A stretch of 64,000 nucleotides of DNA from Lytechinus pictus (taxonomy: Eukaryota). The notes under the pieces are model-generated. The model ran no database searches. It had not been told where the DNA came from and was given only the letters and a program-made list of their open reading frames with translations. Location of the stretch: contig NC_087252.1 of assembly GCF_037042905.1 (NCBI RefSeq), positions 6,202,001 to 6,266,000 on the forward strand, written 5' to 3'. The translations under genes and the position numbers were made by a program. Positions 13,101 to 26,900 of the stretch are shown piece by piece (position 1 is the first letter of the stretch; each line of letters opens with the position of its first letter).

Positions 13101-16100
13101 ATCTGGGTTTATGATGAAGAGGTATTAAAAGAGATTTTGCAGGGAGGTGAACTCGGCCAAGAGAGGGTAAGAATAAATCTTGCTCATTTGTTCATTAGCA
13201 TATTAAGCATATGGCTCTGCAGTCAGGCTGGTAAAGGAACAATCCTAGATAAAAATTTTTTTAAATCATATTTTTTTTGTGATTTTTATTTCTTCAGATT
13301 AGGATCCGTAGGTGATCTTGATCTGGCATTAAGAAATAAACAGATTCAGGATGACATTCTTGTGGTAAGTCTGACTCCCTGTATGTTTAGATCACACGAG
13401 GGGCCTGGGTCACGTGCCTTCCCTTCAGGGCCCCTTCCCCCTGCTTGGAAAAATATAAAACTTTCTCCCTTTTTTTTTTGCCTAAACTTGTGAGGTCAGT
13501 GTCAAACCATTCTGATTCTTATTCCCATCATCAAACCTCTTTTTTCTCATGAATGAAATTCTTGACAGATTTGACCCCCTCGCCCTTGAAAAAAAAAAAG
13601 CTTGCATTCATTATAGAAAACACTTTGGCAATGTATATTAATAAGAAACTAAATGATCTGGATCTGGATGTATATGATGAAGGGCCCTCCGGGCATAAAC
13701 GCATCGGGTACTTGACCTGAATTTTGCCGGGACCGGCAGGTGCTATACACCTGGTGAACACCCTACTATTTGACGAATAGGGTATTGGTTTTAAAGTGCA
13801 TAGGTTGTGACTCCTATACATGGGACCAACATTTGCGTCCTTTCCGATGGACGGAGTGTTTTCCAACTGCATTCACACCTGTACTGAATACAAAGGTGAG
13901 GCACACTAACACACAACGCTATAGCATTAGACTTTTTTGTTAGACGCGTTTCGGCATGAGCGGGACTCGAACCCCTCACGTTGAGATCTACGATCTTATC
14001 CGAAACATGCGCTCTAACCGACTGAGCTACGCTGCCTCCTATTACTATGGTCTTATTACTATGAATTATGTTTAATTTGTATTGATGACTGCTGCTGCTG
14101 TTCGAAAAGAAAAGACATTGTTTTCTTACTGGAGAGATTTTTTTCAGAGATAGAAATATTCATGACCGCCTGCTGGCAGACAGGATATCTGTTGGTAGAT
14201 CGTGTAATCATTATCGCAAAAAAGTGATTTTGCCTATAACTTTTCCTGTTTCTTTATTCTATATGTGCTTTACACTACATGTGTTTTACAGTTTGTCAAT
14301 TTAATTTAATGGAATGTCATCAAAGCCTTATTGTGTGCATTATTCCATAATTGTGTTGATTTACATGTTTGTATAATTCAAAATATTCTGTGTAAATCAT
14401 GCCCTCTATATACAACTTCTTTCAAGTCATGATATTGTGGAGCAGATTGTATTATATTGGATGAACTGGCAACCTACAGCACCATTTGTTATTAAAAGTA
14501 AAATAGGTGAAGCATAAGCAGAATCTATATGTATTTTTTTTTATTTATCTTTTTTGTGGCAGGTTGCTGGTGATATGTTATTTCAAGATCACAAGTTTGA
14601 TATCACTCAAGTAATACACTACTTCAGGAGAAAGGTGAGTTATATTGCGAACAAATTTAAACCAAATACCGATACAACCAAATATTGATAAGGAATTGAG
14701 ACTTGAATTTTCCAACTTGGATATATTTGGTAGTTTTGCTCCACAGGGCATGACAGATTCAAGAACATGGTAAATGTATTGAAAATGCCTATCAAATGAC
14801 AATGAACCGCTGGAAGGTCTTTGTTGAAAATTGGTTACCGGAAAAACATTTCATATCAAGTGCTGAAGAATTGAAAAAAAAATTACAAGTATGTCTTTTG
14901 TCTGGAGTCCAGGATGAAACACTGCTGTTTTGATTCACCAATTTTCAACAAAGACTTCTCGGTTGTTCATTGTCATGAAGGGCATTTGATAGTACATTAG
15001 GTATGTGCTTGAATCCATCATGCAGAGGGGGGGAGGGTGTAAACTCCCTAATAAAGAACACTTAAATGGAAATGCCATGCCTATGTAATTTACATTCCAA
15101 TGCAATGCATATGTCATCCAGTGACAATAGAACAATAGATGGATACCTGATTGGAATGCCATTGACTAAAGAAAGAATGTCTCTGCTGTGAACTTCAAAG
15201 CCTATTCACTACTAAGCAGTTGAGCACCTCCCTAAATTTGCAGGTAAAGCCTGTATGTTAATGTGCACTTGAGGTACAACATAACAACCACTGAGGCGGG
15301 TTAGCTCGGGCAATTTTTGTCTGATCTAAAGTTTGCAATTCTTATTACTGTCATAAGATGAAAGAATGATTCTGAATCCTTGGCAAAAGGTAATAAAGTA
15401 ATTTTACTTACCTGTTGTTGAGAGACATAACCAATTGCGACGATGCATATCAGGACCAGTTGCATAAAGGTCACCATTATGGTAACTTGCATGGAATCCT
15501 TGATTTTGATTGGCTGATGAGTATTGTTACCATGGTAGTTACCATTGGATGGCAAAGTTTCCATAATAGTAACTTTTATGCAACAGGGCCCTGCCGTTCA
15601 GTAGTCAAGTATCAGTATCTCACATGCTGTCTCTGGTAATATGTGCCGGCCGCACAGAAATGTTGTTAGCCTAACAGAGCGCTAACCGTAAGCTTAGTCA
15701 CACCTTTTGGATTGTTGAGTCTAAACATTTATTTTAATGTGTAAGGCAAGGCTCCACATTAACTTTTTTTGGTGGTGGCCCGTTCGGGCCACCAAAACCA
15801 TCAAATATTTTTTTTTGGTGGCCCGATATTAAAGTTTGGTGGCCCGAAAAATATAAAGAAACACATTAAGAATGAATAAAACAAACTTCTGAAATATTGA
15901 TTCTGCAGCCACTACCACTAAGTTACTTTCACTTTATCATAAGTTGTATGTAAACCATGTTTGCTGTTATTTTACTTTGCTAATTGGCTTGTGGTAAAAT
16001 ATAAATTGTTTCTATCGTTGTAAAAATGAAATGATTGAAAGAGAATAAATGAATTTTATTGTTCGCAGGTTGTGTGGACTTTTTGTTTATCTCCGTATAG

Positions 16101-19100
16101 ACACACACTCATATTGGTAAAGTAAATAAATAGTGCATAGCAAATTCAGATAGATGTACAAAACAATGGTTTTTTCATTTCTTCCTCTTTGAATCCTAAA
16201 ACCTAGATTATGCAGGCCCCAAATCCAGTTTATTTCTGTTTTCTCTTTTGCAGCATATTATAGCAGGAGAAAATCACAGAAAAATATGCTGCAAAATTAG
16301 AACAATGCATAAAAGGGGGAAACAAATAAAAAATAATTATCAAAAAGTATATTACAAAAAGAAAACAAAAATAATAAAAGAAATAAGTGAAATAAAAAAA
16401 AGAAAGAAAATGAAGAAAGAAAAAACAAAGAACAGGGAAAAAGAAAACAAATTTAGAGAGAAAAAAAAAGTGAAAGAAAAATGAATAAAACAAAATTAAT
16501 ATAAACATGGGGAAAAGGGGATAATTAAGAAGCCATTACAAATATTTTTTAACAGCTGTGGCAACAGTCTATTCTGACTGGAATATAATTAAAAGCCAAG
16601 CAAATAATTTTCACTTACCTTCTGGGAATGGCACATTTCTATTTTTATATCCTTTAGTTTGTATTATTTTTTTTTCAGTAGAAACATATTTTTTAATCAG
16701 GCATATTCAATGGGAAGGGGTATAAATGGTTTAACCTCTGTAAAAAAAAATGAAAGAAAAAAAAAGAAGAAGGAAAACGGCAAAAGTTATATCTGGAAAA
16801 AAAGTGTGAGAAAAGTCCTTCCCTATATTTGCCAAAATGTTGGAAAAATTCACATTTCAATATCAATGAAATGCCTTCCCAAAGTATTTACTTTCTCAAG
16901 AGTGGTTTAAGAAGTCATTTATAAACAAGAAAGAAAGAAACTGTCTGTTTATTTTTGGCTAGAAAAGACACAGCTTCGAAAGAAACCAAGTATCAACATA
17001 CATACAAATGCACACGTGGGACTGTGATGTACTTGCCTATGTGTTTTTATGTGTATTAATTCATTTGGAAATCGGTATTTTGTAGTAAAAAGAGAGGTAA
17101 TAATTCCTCTTCTTAATGCTTGCAAATAATCAGGGTACACCAAATTTTCGTAATGTAGACTGTAGAATGTCATTTCATAGGTGTAAAATGTGACTTTGAC
17201 TCAGATTTTCAAAGTTCTGTGGAAGATTTCTTATCAGCAACATTTTTTGTCGCAGCTCCATCTAGAGCACAACTGTATGCAGTGGCTTCATGCAAAGCTC
17301 ACGCCAGCCGGCCGGCGCGGCTGGCTGGATAATAGCTACTGTATGCTATAGCTGTAGGCCTAATATGCAAACTTTGTGTGTGTGTATTTGTGTGTAGATC
17401 AACAAAAAGGGCGCATGACGAACTGGGTTGCAATTTGAGCTGTAGAAAGTCGATAAATGCGTGCAAAATCGAGAGAAAAATTGCGCTACTTTGAAAATTA
17501 TTGGTTGCCCGATTCGGGCCACCAAAACTGAACATTTTATCAATAATGGTTGCCCGAGGTGAATTTCTGGTGGCCCCGGGCCACCGGGCCACCGCTAATG
17601 TCGAGCCTTGTGTAAGTAATAGGCACGTTACCGGTTGTATCAGGGCCTCTGTCAGTGCTAACAGTGTTCATGTGCGGATAGTACTGGTCTCTAAAAACGG
17701 ATCTCTGCCATGGCCTGGCGTGGCAGCTCTTACCTTGCTCCCTACGGGCCTATGGTTGACTGGGCATTGGTTGGGAGGGGGGGGGGGGGAAGGATGAGGG
17801 GCAAGGTATACATAGTGCCCTCTATTGGAACATCTTGTTATATCTTGCACATTACAACAGCAAAATTACAGCAAAATTACTAACTGCTAATTATGTTTAT
17901 CCTGTGTTTTTTAGAAAGGGGAGTTGGCCATTTATTACGACATGGAACCTTCTGAGAATATCACGAGTAGAGGCATGGTTGAAGTATGTCCACAAACTAA
18001 CAGGTAAGTTAAAATAGCATTTCTACTTAAGTAAAACCTGTCTGTGAAGACTACCTCAGTGGGACCTGGCAAAAAAAAATCCTCTGAAAATTACATTTCA
18101 GCTCTTATAGTAATGACAAAATAGTGGTCTCCATTTTAAATGATAATTTACAGGTAGTTTGGGAATGTATCCATTGCTCAAAATCTTGGTCACTGAATAT
18201 GTGTATTTAATTGCAATCGAATGGACTTTTTTTCCTGGTAATTGCAACTCTGGTTTAGTCCGATAAATTCATGACTACGTGCATGCAGAGGAGTCGAGCA
18301 ATGACTACAGTATCTGTGTTTAAGAAACAGAATGATAAAAAGTTTTTAACAAACACATAAACTGGATTTCTAGAAAAGGAACGTCATTAGTGGGATTCCA
18401 TACAAAAACCCTCTGATTGAAAGGCGAGAATCGGGAAGCACCAGACAGTGTGATACTTCCATTTTTATTTTCTCATCATTCTGTTTTTAGAATCACAAAG
18501 TTCCTTGAGAAGCCCAGCGAGAGTGAGACCCAGTCTCGTCAAGCCAGTGTAGTCTTCTACTGCTTTCAGGAGGAGACCCTATCCTCCATCCCAACATTCC
18601 TCCAAGCCAACCCTGATGTCAGACAAAGGACATTTGGAAAATACATGGTCAGTAACAAACCCCAAAGACCAGTTTTGGTCAGTGGTCATGGGTAACAAAT
18701 TCTTCCTGTGGAAGCCACTTTATACGCCTGTCCTAGACGGGACGTATTATGGTATCACGCTTGGTGTTCGTCCGTCTGTCTGGCCTTTAACTTTTCCTTG
18801 TAAACACAATAACTTTGTTCTGTGGAAGCCACTTATTCTACACACGAAATGGTCTTGGCTCAGATTGGATCGCTCAAGTATCGATAAAAAATTATTGAGT
18901 TTCTGCAATTTTATGCATATTCATGCGACGGTCCGAAACCTGGAACTCGTTGCAGGATGACGTCACGTAATAAGCAAAGTGTGCGTCGCCCGCTGCGAAG
19001 AACAGCGTGCTATCAGTTTGGTGCCATTTGCCACAGTTACTGTGGATAATTTGCACATATTCATAAGGTAAACTTTTACAAAAAGATTAGATATAAAAAA

Positions 19101-20879
19101 CCATGCCACAAAGCGTTGAATGTTGTCACTAGAAATTTACTGCTGCAACCAAGACAACCTTGCCAAGAAGCATTAAATTTTTTAGCACTCTACATCCAAA
19201 AGTTATTAGGCTAAACCTTGTAAATGTGGTCTCTTTGTCTTAAATAGAGATGAACAAATATATTTCTAAGTTTGTCCCGTTTGAGCATATTTTTTCTTTT
19301 AATCCACCGAGTTGTTATGTGACATTTTTTTTTCGTTATTTTTTAAACTTTATGTCTCATGTACTAACAAAAAACAACTTCACATTCATGGGCAAGCACT
19401 ACCTACAGATATTCGGTACAGCAATGGGCACCCGGATGGCTCCTTCATTCGCCTGTCTCTTCATGACCAAGCTGGAACAGCAGATGTTAGATTCAGCCCC
19501 CTGTCGCCCATGGATTTGGTGGCGTTATATAGACGACATTTTCTTCATCTGGACCAGGGATGAAGACAGCCTCCATACATTCATTGACCACATCAATTCC
19601 TTCCACAGGACCATCAAATTCACTTCTGATTTCTCCCAACAGGAAACCCACTTCCTTGATGTTACAGTCCAGAAAAAGTCTAATGGTATCACCACTACCC
19701 TATACTCTAAACCCACAGATACCCACCAGTACCTCCACTCATCCAGCTGCCACCCCCGTCACTGCAAAACCGGCATCGCTTACAGTCAAGCCCTCAGACT
19801 TCGCCGTATTTGCTCCGAGGACCCTGATTTTTCCTTCCATGCCAGGAATTTGCAGAAACATCTCTGTGCCAGGGGCCACGGGGCCAGGGCCGTCCAACTG
19901 GCAATTAACAAAGTTCGTTCTCTCCCCAGATCTGAAGTTCTCAAACCAAAAAGTGACAAGGAGACCACCGACAGAATACCGCTTGTGACCACCTTCCATC
20001 CCAATCTACCCCCCCTCCGCAAAATCCTGTGTGATAACCACCACATTTTACACACTTCTGATCGTCTCCAACAGGCCGCTCCCGATACTCCCCTTCTAGC
20101 ATACCGACGCCCACCGAATCTCAGGGACCTCATTGTTCGTGCTGAAGTGCCCTCCCTCACTAACCATTCTTCTCCCATACAGCATGGCACCTTCAAATGC
20201 ACCAGCAACAGGTGCATCATATGTGAAATACACCTTCACGAGGGCGATACTTTCACCAGCAACTCTACCAGCCTGTCTCACCAAATCAAGGGCAACATCA
20301 CATGCACTACCACTAATGTTGTATATCTCATCACTTGCAGAGTTTGTGGGGTACAATACATAGGGGAAACCAAGACCACACTCAAGAAACGATTCTACGG
20401 GCACAGATCCACCGTCAACACAGCAAAGCTGGACACTCCAGTTGGCCGCCATTTTAACCTCCCCAACCACTCCATCACTGACATGATGCTACAGGGCATC
20501 GAATCTTTAGGTACCCGTCCTGACTCAGTCCGTACTAGCAGGGAGAAGCTCTGGATGAGACGACTTCGCACCACCCAACCTCATGGCCTGAACATCCAAG
20601 AGGGAAATGACTGATTATTCTTTCCTATCCACTTTCAATTTATATATACATATAATTTTTCCCCTCAGCTCTTTTGAATAGTTACATTATAGTTTCTTCC
20701 TCTACTTACAAGCTCAGCTCCAATTTTTCCTTCCTTATTCAGGCGATATAATAATTATTATATATATACAGTATATATTTGTTTTTTCTCCACTCACCTC
20801 TTTTAGATTTACCACATTTGCTTATTTACATGTATACTATGGTCTTTTTAGGCAATTTGCTTCCTCTTTTTCACATATA

Positions 20880-20922
<43 letters not shown>

Positions 20923-23900
20923 CCCCTACTATATAGTCTTATGTTTTTTTCCCGTCACACCTAGCAGATTACAATATCAGTTACACCATATGTGTATTTA
21001 TATATTTTTTCATATACATTTCTTTTTTGGATATATTTATATACATATCACTTATATATACATATTTACACTTACCTTCTTCTCTTAGTTGGTTTATTGC
21101 TTTATCATATATACTTATATGTCTTTTGCACATTATCAGTTGTTCCCCATTCTTTTCCTTTTTTCCCCCACTCTTATGCACCAGTTTATCATGCCTTTCT
21201 TTGTAACCTGTTTGACCCACCTCTCACTAATTCTCTTGTTATTCATCCCATTATCACTGTTTTGTTCCAGATCCTGTTTGATGTTGCCTGCCTCATTATC
21301 TTAATCCCTCTTGGCTTGAGGTCTTTTACTGGCCTTACTTACACTAACTTCCCTTTGTGTCTGCCTACTCCTTTTCTTTCATCCCCTTCACTAACCCGAT
21401 TGGTCTTCTCTACTCACTAATGCCCCTTTTGTCTCCATGTTTCTAGTGTTGCTGTAGCTTGTTTGTGGTCTATATTATGGTTGTTCCACTTTATATGTTT
21501 GTCATTTTGCCTCCGACGAATATTCTGCTAGGATCGAAAGCTTAGGCCCCTTTTTGACTTTCTAATTTTTTAAACTTTTATAGCAATGGCTGATAAATGA
21601 GACTCGCCATGAGGTTTATGGCATGAAGCTGCCTACAGGGTTCCAGCTTATTGGCCAAGTGGTAAGTTACATTAACCCCTTCTCTGTTTTTCAGAAGAAT
21701 GAATTGAATGAGGTTTGATGATTTTCATTTCAGTGAAAAATTTGTACATTGTGATCAGACAAAGCTTGGGAGTTTGGGAGGGATTAGCTTATATATGAAG
21801 TGTTAAGTGTAATCAGTTGTTGACCCCCCCCCCCCCCCCCCGCCCCGCATTCTAGCATGGCAGCACTGCGAATAAGCTGGTGTCTCATCCCCCACCTTTG
21901 CGTTTGTATGTGTTATCTAAATTCTCGGTTCCAAAACAAAAGCTATATTTCATTTACAACAATAATAACCTTGCACTTGTGATCTTGGTTATGTACTTGG
22001 CTTGAAGGTTGTCTTTCAAATAGCAATCACAGTGATTTGTATCTTTTTTTTTCCAGGGGCTAGGTGATTATGAGAAATGGCTGCATTTCTTCTCAGATAA
22101 AGAGACACAGCAGAGATGTATGGTACCTTACACAGCCAAAGCTTATGCAAGGTAAGGTTCTATGTGATGTCCTGATCAGGTTATTATCATTCTAGTATCA
22201 TGTTTTTCATAGGCATTAAGTTCTATTCATTTTCAATTCAATTCAATTTATTTTTCTCAGTATAAAAACAATATAAATAGTACAAACATGACATATATCA
22301 GACATAAACGTAAATAAAGTATTATACTGAAAGGGTAGCAGCCAAAAAAAAGATAACCTTAGGAACGGCCGACCCAAATAAAATAACATTATTTGAACAA
22401 TCAAAGCAGAAAAAGGGAAAGAATTAGCTAACTAACCCAAACAATCAGAATAATAATTAAGTAAAAAATGAATAAGTACTGATGATTTGGTATTTACAAC
22501 TCCTCCTAAAAACGTTTAACCCTAAATAGACTGGGCTATTTTGATGCCTAAGAAGACTGGGGGGGGGGGGGCTGATTCAGCCCCCCCCCTATGATCTCGG
22601 CCGTCGACCGGGCGATCGCGACAAAATTGGCACGTGCGTTACCCATGGCATAATCTCCAAGACTGTAGGATCAAATTTTCTGAAAAATTTCATAATTCAT
22701 TAATTATGCTAATTTATGCGTACAATCAAAGATTTGCTCTAATTAACTAAATAAGGCCTCTAAACTGCTATTTTTTTATTTGTAGACTCTTTGCAGGATT
22801 CTGATCAAATGTACTTTAAAAAAAGTTCAATATCACAATTCTTTTCTTATGTATTCTTTTGTTTTTTTAATTTATTATGTATTTCTTTGTTTTTCGAGTT
22901 TTTGTTTTTTATTGTTTTTTCAATGGAAATCGTCCGCGACTTTATTCTGACCATACACAAGATGAAATTAATTGAGTTTAATTAGTCAAATTGAAAATAA
23001 TGATACATTTATGAATTTTGGCTAAAAACACAATTTGCATTGGATTTGTACACAAATTCACGTTTTTGAGCAATTTTGGGTCGACATGCACTTACGAAAT
23101 GTTGCGTAATTTCGGAACCACGTACCCGGGCGTCGCATATTTGGTCTCAAAAGTTGCGCAAGACTTGAAAGAAAAAAGTCGTGGAACGGCGCGGCGCCAG
23201 CTTTTTGCATTACAGATTTATCGCGAAAAATGTCAAGGGGGGGCTGAATCAGTCGGTAGAGCGGGGGACTCGTAGAGCGGGGGACTCGTAGAGCGGGGGA
23301 CTCGTAGAGCGGGGGACTCGTATTCCGGTGACCCGGGTTCGATTCCCACTTGGTGCGCTAGTGCCCTTTGGTAAGGCATTAATCCTCTGTACCAGGTCCT
23401 TCGGAGAGGACCTTAAGCCGTCGGTCCTCTGGTTGCTTGCTTACAAGCATTCATGCTTTCTTAGCAATCAGGTAAAAAAAATCACCACCAAATCTTGCAC
23501 AGCATCAAGGGGGAGGGAGTCCTCCCTCCAGTCTTTCAAGGGCTAAAGCATGGGGTGAGAACAATGTGAACATGTGATGATGCAATGTAAACAGAAGTTT
23601 GGCGTTTTGATAAAAAGATGGATATATTTCTCTTATATTGTTTATTTAGAATTGCCCTACCAAAGAGGAATTTCAAGTTGAAATACGACACTAACATTCC
23701 CCGTCAGGTGGTAAGTAGAGCTATTGAAATTTTAAAGTCAGATGAAAGCACTTCTTAGAGTCTAGTCCTCTTTGGAACTTTAGTTATGTCATTCCCAACA
23801 AAAGCTGAATAGACTATTAAAATGAGAGAGAGAAAAAAGCAAAATGATGAATCTTTCATTAAAAATTGTACTTCGTATATCAGAGTTATCAGAAGTTACT

Positions 23901-26900
23901 TCTGATATCAAAGTTATGTCATTTTAAAGTTTTTGTTATTTTTACCTAACAATTATAGCTGTATACAAATGATAGAACCTTCAATGTCACACACTTTATT
24001 TTTAGTATAATAATAAGCATCTGTAATCTATATCATGTGATTTTTTTTCAGACAATTTTTCTGTCAATTGTGGCTGGCATTGCTCCAAGATCATTGTTGC
24101 ATGTTGTCCTAATTATAACAGTGATGATACATGTTTTGTCATTTAAGTTATATTGTTCATTGCTTTTTATTTTGAGTTTCTTTGATTCATGGATATTGCT
24201 TAAAAATTTGCTTCTCTTGTCTCTTTATCTCTCTTTATCTCGCCGCTTTTCCGACGGCGGCGGCGGCGTCAACACCAAATCTTAACCTGAGGTTAAGTTT
24301 TTGAAATGACAGCATAACTTAGAAAGTATATGGACCTAGTTCATGAAACTTGGCCATAAGGTTAATCAAGTATTACTGAACATCCTGCCTGAGTTTCCTG
24401 TCACATGACCAAGGTCAAAGGTCATTTAGGGTCAATGAACTTAGACCATGTTGGGGGAATCAACATCAAAATCTTAACCTAAGGTTAAGTTTTTGAAATG
24501 TCATCATAACTTAGAAAATATATGGACCTAGTTCATGAAACTTATACATAAGGTTAATCAAGTATCACTGAACATCCTGCATGAGTTTCACATCACATGA
24601 CCAAGGTCAAAGGTCATTTAGGGTCAATGAACTTTGGCCGAATTGGGGGTATCTGTTGAATTACCATCATAACTTTGAAAGTTTATGGATCTGATTCATG
24701 AAACTTGGACATAATAGTAATCAAGTATTACTGAACATCCTGTGCAAGTTTCAGGACACATGATCAAGGTCAAAGGTCATTTAGGGTCAATGAACTTTGG
24801 CCAAATTGGGGTATTTGTTGAATTACAGCCATAAATTTGAAAGTGTGTTGGTCTAGTTCATAAAACTTGGACATAATAGTAATCAAGTATCACTGAACAT
24901 CCTGTGCGAGTTTCAGGTCACATGATCAAGGTCAAAGGTCATGTAAGGTCAAAGAACTTTGGCTACGTTGGGGGTATTTGTTGAATTGCCATCATATCTC
25001 TATAAGTGTATTGGTCTAGTTCATAAAACGTGGAAATAAGAGTAACCAAGTATCACTGAACATCTTGTGCGAGTTATAGTAGTTTTCAAAATCAGCACTG
25101 CTGCTATATTGAATCGCGTGATGCAGGTGAGACGGCCAGAGGCATTCCACTTGTTTTTTATGCTAGCACATCAAGCACATCATTGCATGTTTTTCATGAT
25201 TTTGATAACAACAATACAAGTTTTATCTTTTAAGGGTTTCTTCAATCGATAATATTTTGGTTCTCTTTGTCTCTTCCTTTCTTTCACGGTCTCTGTCTTT
25301 CTCTCCACACTCCACATCAACACCTTTCTTGCTTTCTTGTTCTCTTCCTTTATTGATCTCTCTCTATCTCTTCTTTTTCACTCTTTTTTTAACCTTTATC
25401 TTTTTATCTCCTTTACTCTCTCCGTCTCTTTCGGTTTGCTTTTTGTCATCTCTTTGTCTCTTTGGCTTTCTTTCTCACTTTATTTTGATCTCTCTGTTTT
25501 GCAGGGTTTAGCTGGTAGCAGCGCCATAGTAGCTGCTACACTCAGATGTTTGATGCGTTTCTTTGATCTTAACAACTCGGTAAGTTACATTTTTATGCCC
25601 CTTTGATTTTAAATTTTGCTCACCACCCATTGTAGCTTGTGCAGTACTGTGTGCCCCTCAATGGCAAGTGACTGGAATACTCCACAGGGAGTGGAGGATG
25701 TGCATATATCGTGTGCAGGAATGATTGATTGAATTGATGACTTGGGTTATAATATATCAGTAAAGCGCTGAGACGCATCATTCCGATGTGTGAAGCTCTA
25801 TATAAAAGTGGATTATTATTAGTAAGATTATTAGCAACTCAGCCATAACACCTACACATTGATTACAAAGTTCATTTACCTTTTTCCTCCATTCAGGATC
25901 TTGCTAAGCCCCTTCAGCCTCAGTTCATCTTAGACGTTGAGATCGATGAGCTCTTCATCAATGCCGGTCTACAGGTGAGATATCAATGGTACGGGGTGTT
26001 TTACAAATACTTGAGTATGGCCAACATCATGCATAAATTTCCATTTGTGGTATGTAATGGGTCACTGCATTAAACAATATGCATTTGTTGGCACCTTAGC
26101 CTTACTAGTGGTTCATACTTAAAAATGTTACTTTCTCTTTTTTCAATGACTCTTGTGCAGATAGAACATAGACTTTTAGTTGCATAATCATGGTGCAACT
26201 AGCTCAATGGGATCTATGAATACATAGACCTGGACCTAATACCTGACTTCACTTATTTATTTTCTTGGACTGTGTTAATAGACCTGAATAACACGGTGCT
26301 AGTGTCTTTATGGACTTCTCTTGGACCATCATGGAGCAACAGGGCCATGGGGTATATTAGACCTGGACCTAATACCTGACTTCACTTATTTATTTTCTAG
26401 GACCGTGTTATTCAGGTCTATCAAGGAGCAGTCTACATGGACTTCTCTCGGACCATCATGGAACAACAAGGCCATGGGTTATATGAATACGTAGACCTGG
26501 ACCTAATACCTGGCCTGTGGTTGGCCTATATCAGGAACCCTAGTGATTCTGGAAAGATTCATAATAATGTAAGAGAGAGATGGACTGCTGGGGATCTGGA
26601 GGTCCATGGGGCGATGACGACCTTTGCTGATCTTACGGATCAAGCTAGGTAAGGATTAAAGATAGATCCCAGTTATGGGAACGATCTCAAAATGAGTTGA
26701 AACAGAATCCAATGAAATTTCCACCAAAGTGTTTGTATGTTTAAATAAAAAATACATGACAAATGCTCTGGAAGAAAATGCGTAATTACTGCGAAATGAG
26801 CAAAATAAGCACGGAATTCCATCAGATGTGGCATATTTTTCAAAGCAATCTTAATACACTGTCCCACATATGCTTTTCTGTGTTAGTGATCATGGATTTT

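Noticed and set aside
13960..14039. Functional tRNA gene (also 23250-23355)
   Set aside because: A and B boxes are present but there is no proper acceptor stem or terminator, and both continue into SINE bodies.
16230..16508. Lys-rich and Phe-rich ORFs (also 20779-21420 and 25257-25511)
   Set aside because: Low-complexity A/T-rich or pyrimidine-rich sequence with no domain motifs.
19250..19355. True N-terminus of the Penelope ORF
   Set aside because: The first ~35 codons are AT-rich with no RT similarity, and the earlier RT motifs are missing, so the copy is 5'-truncated.
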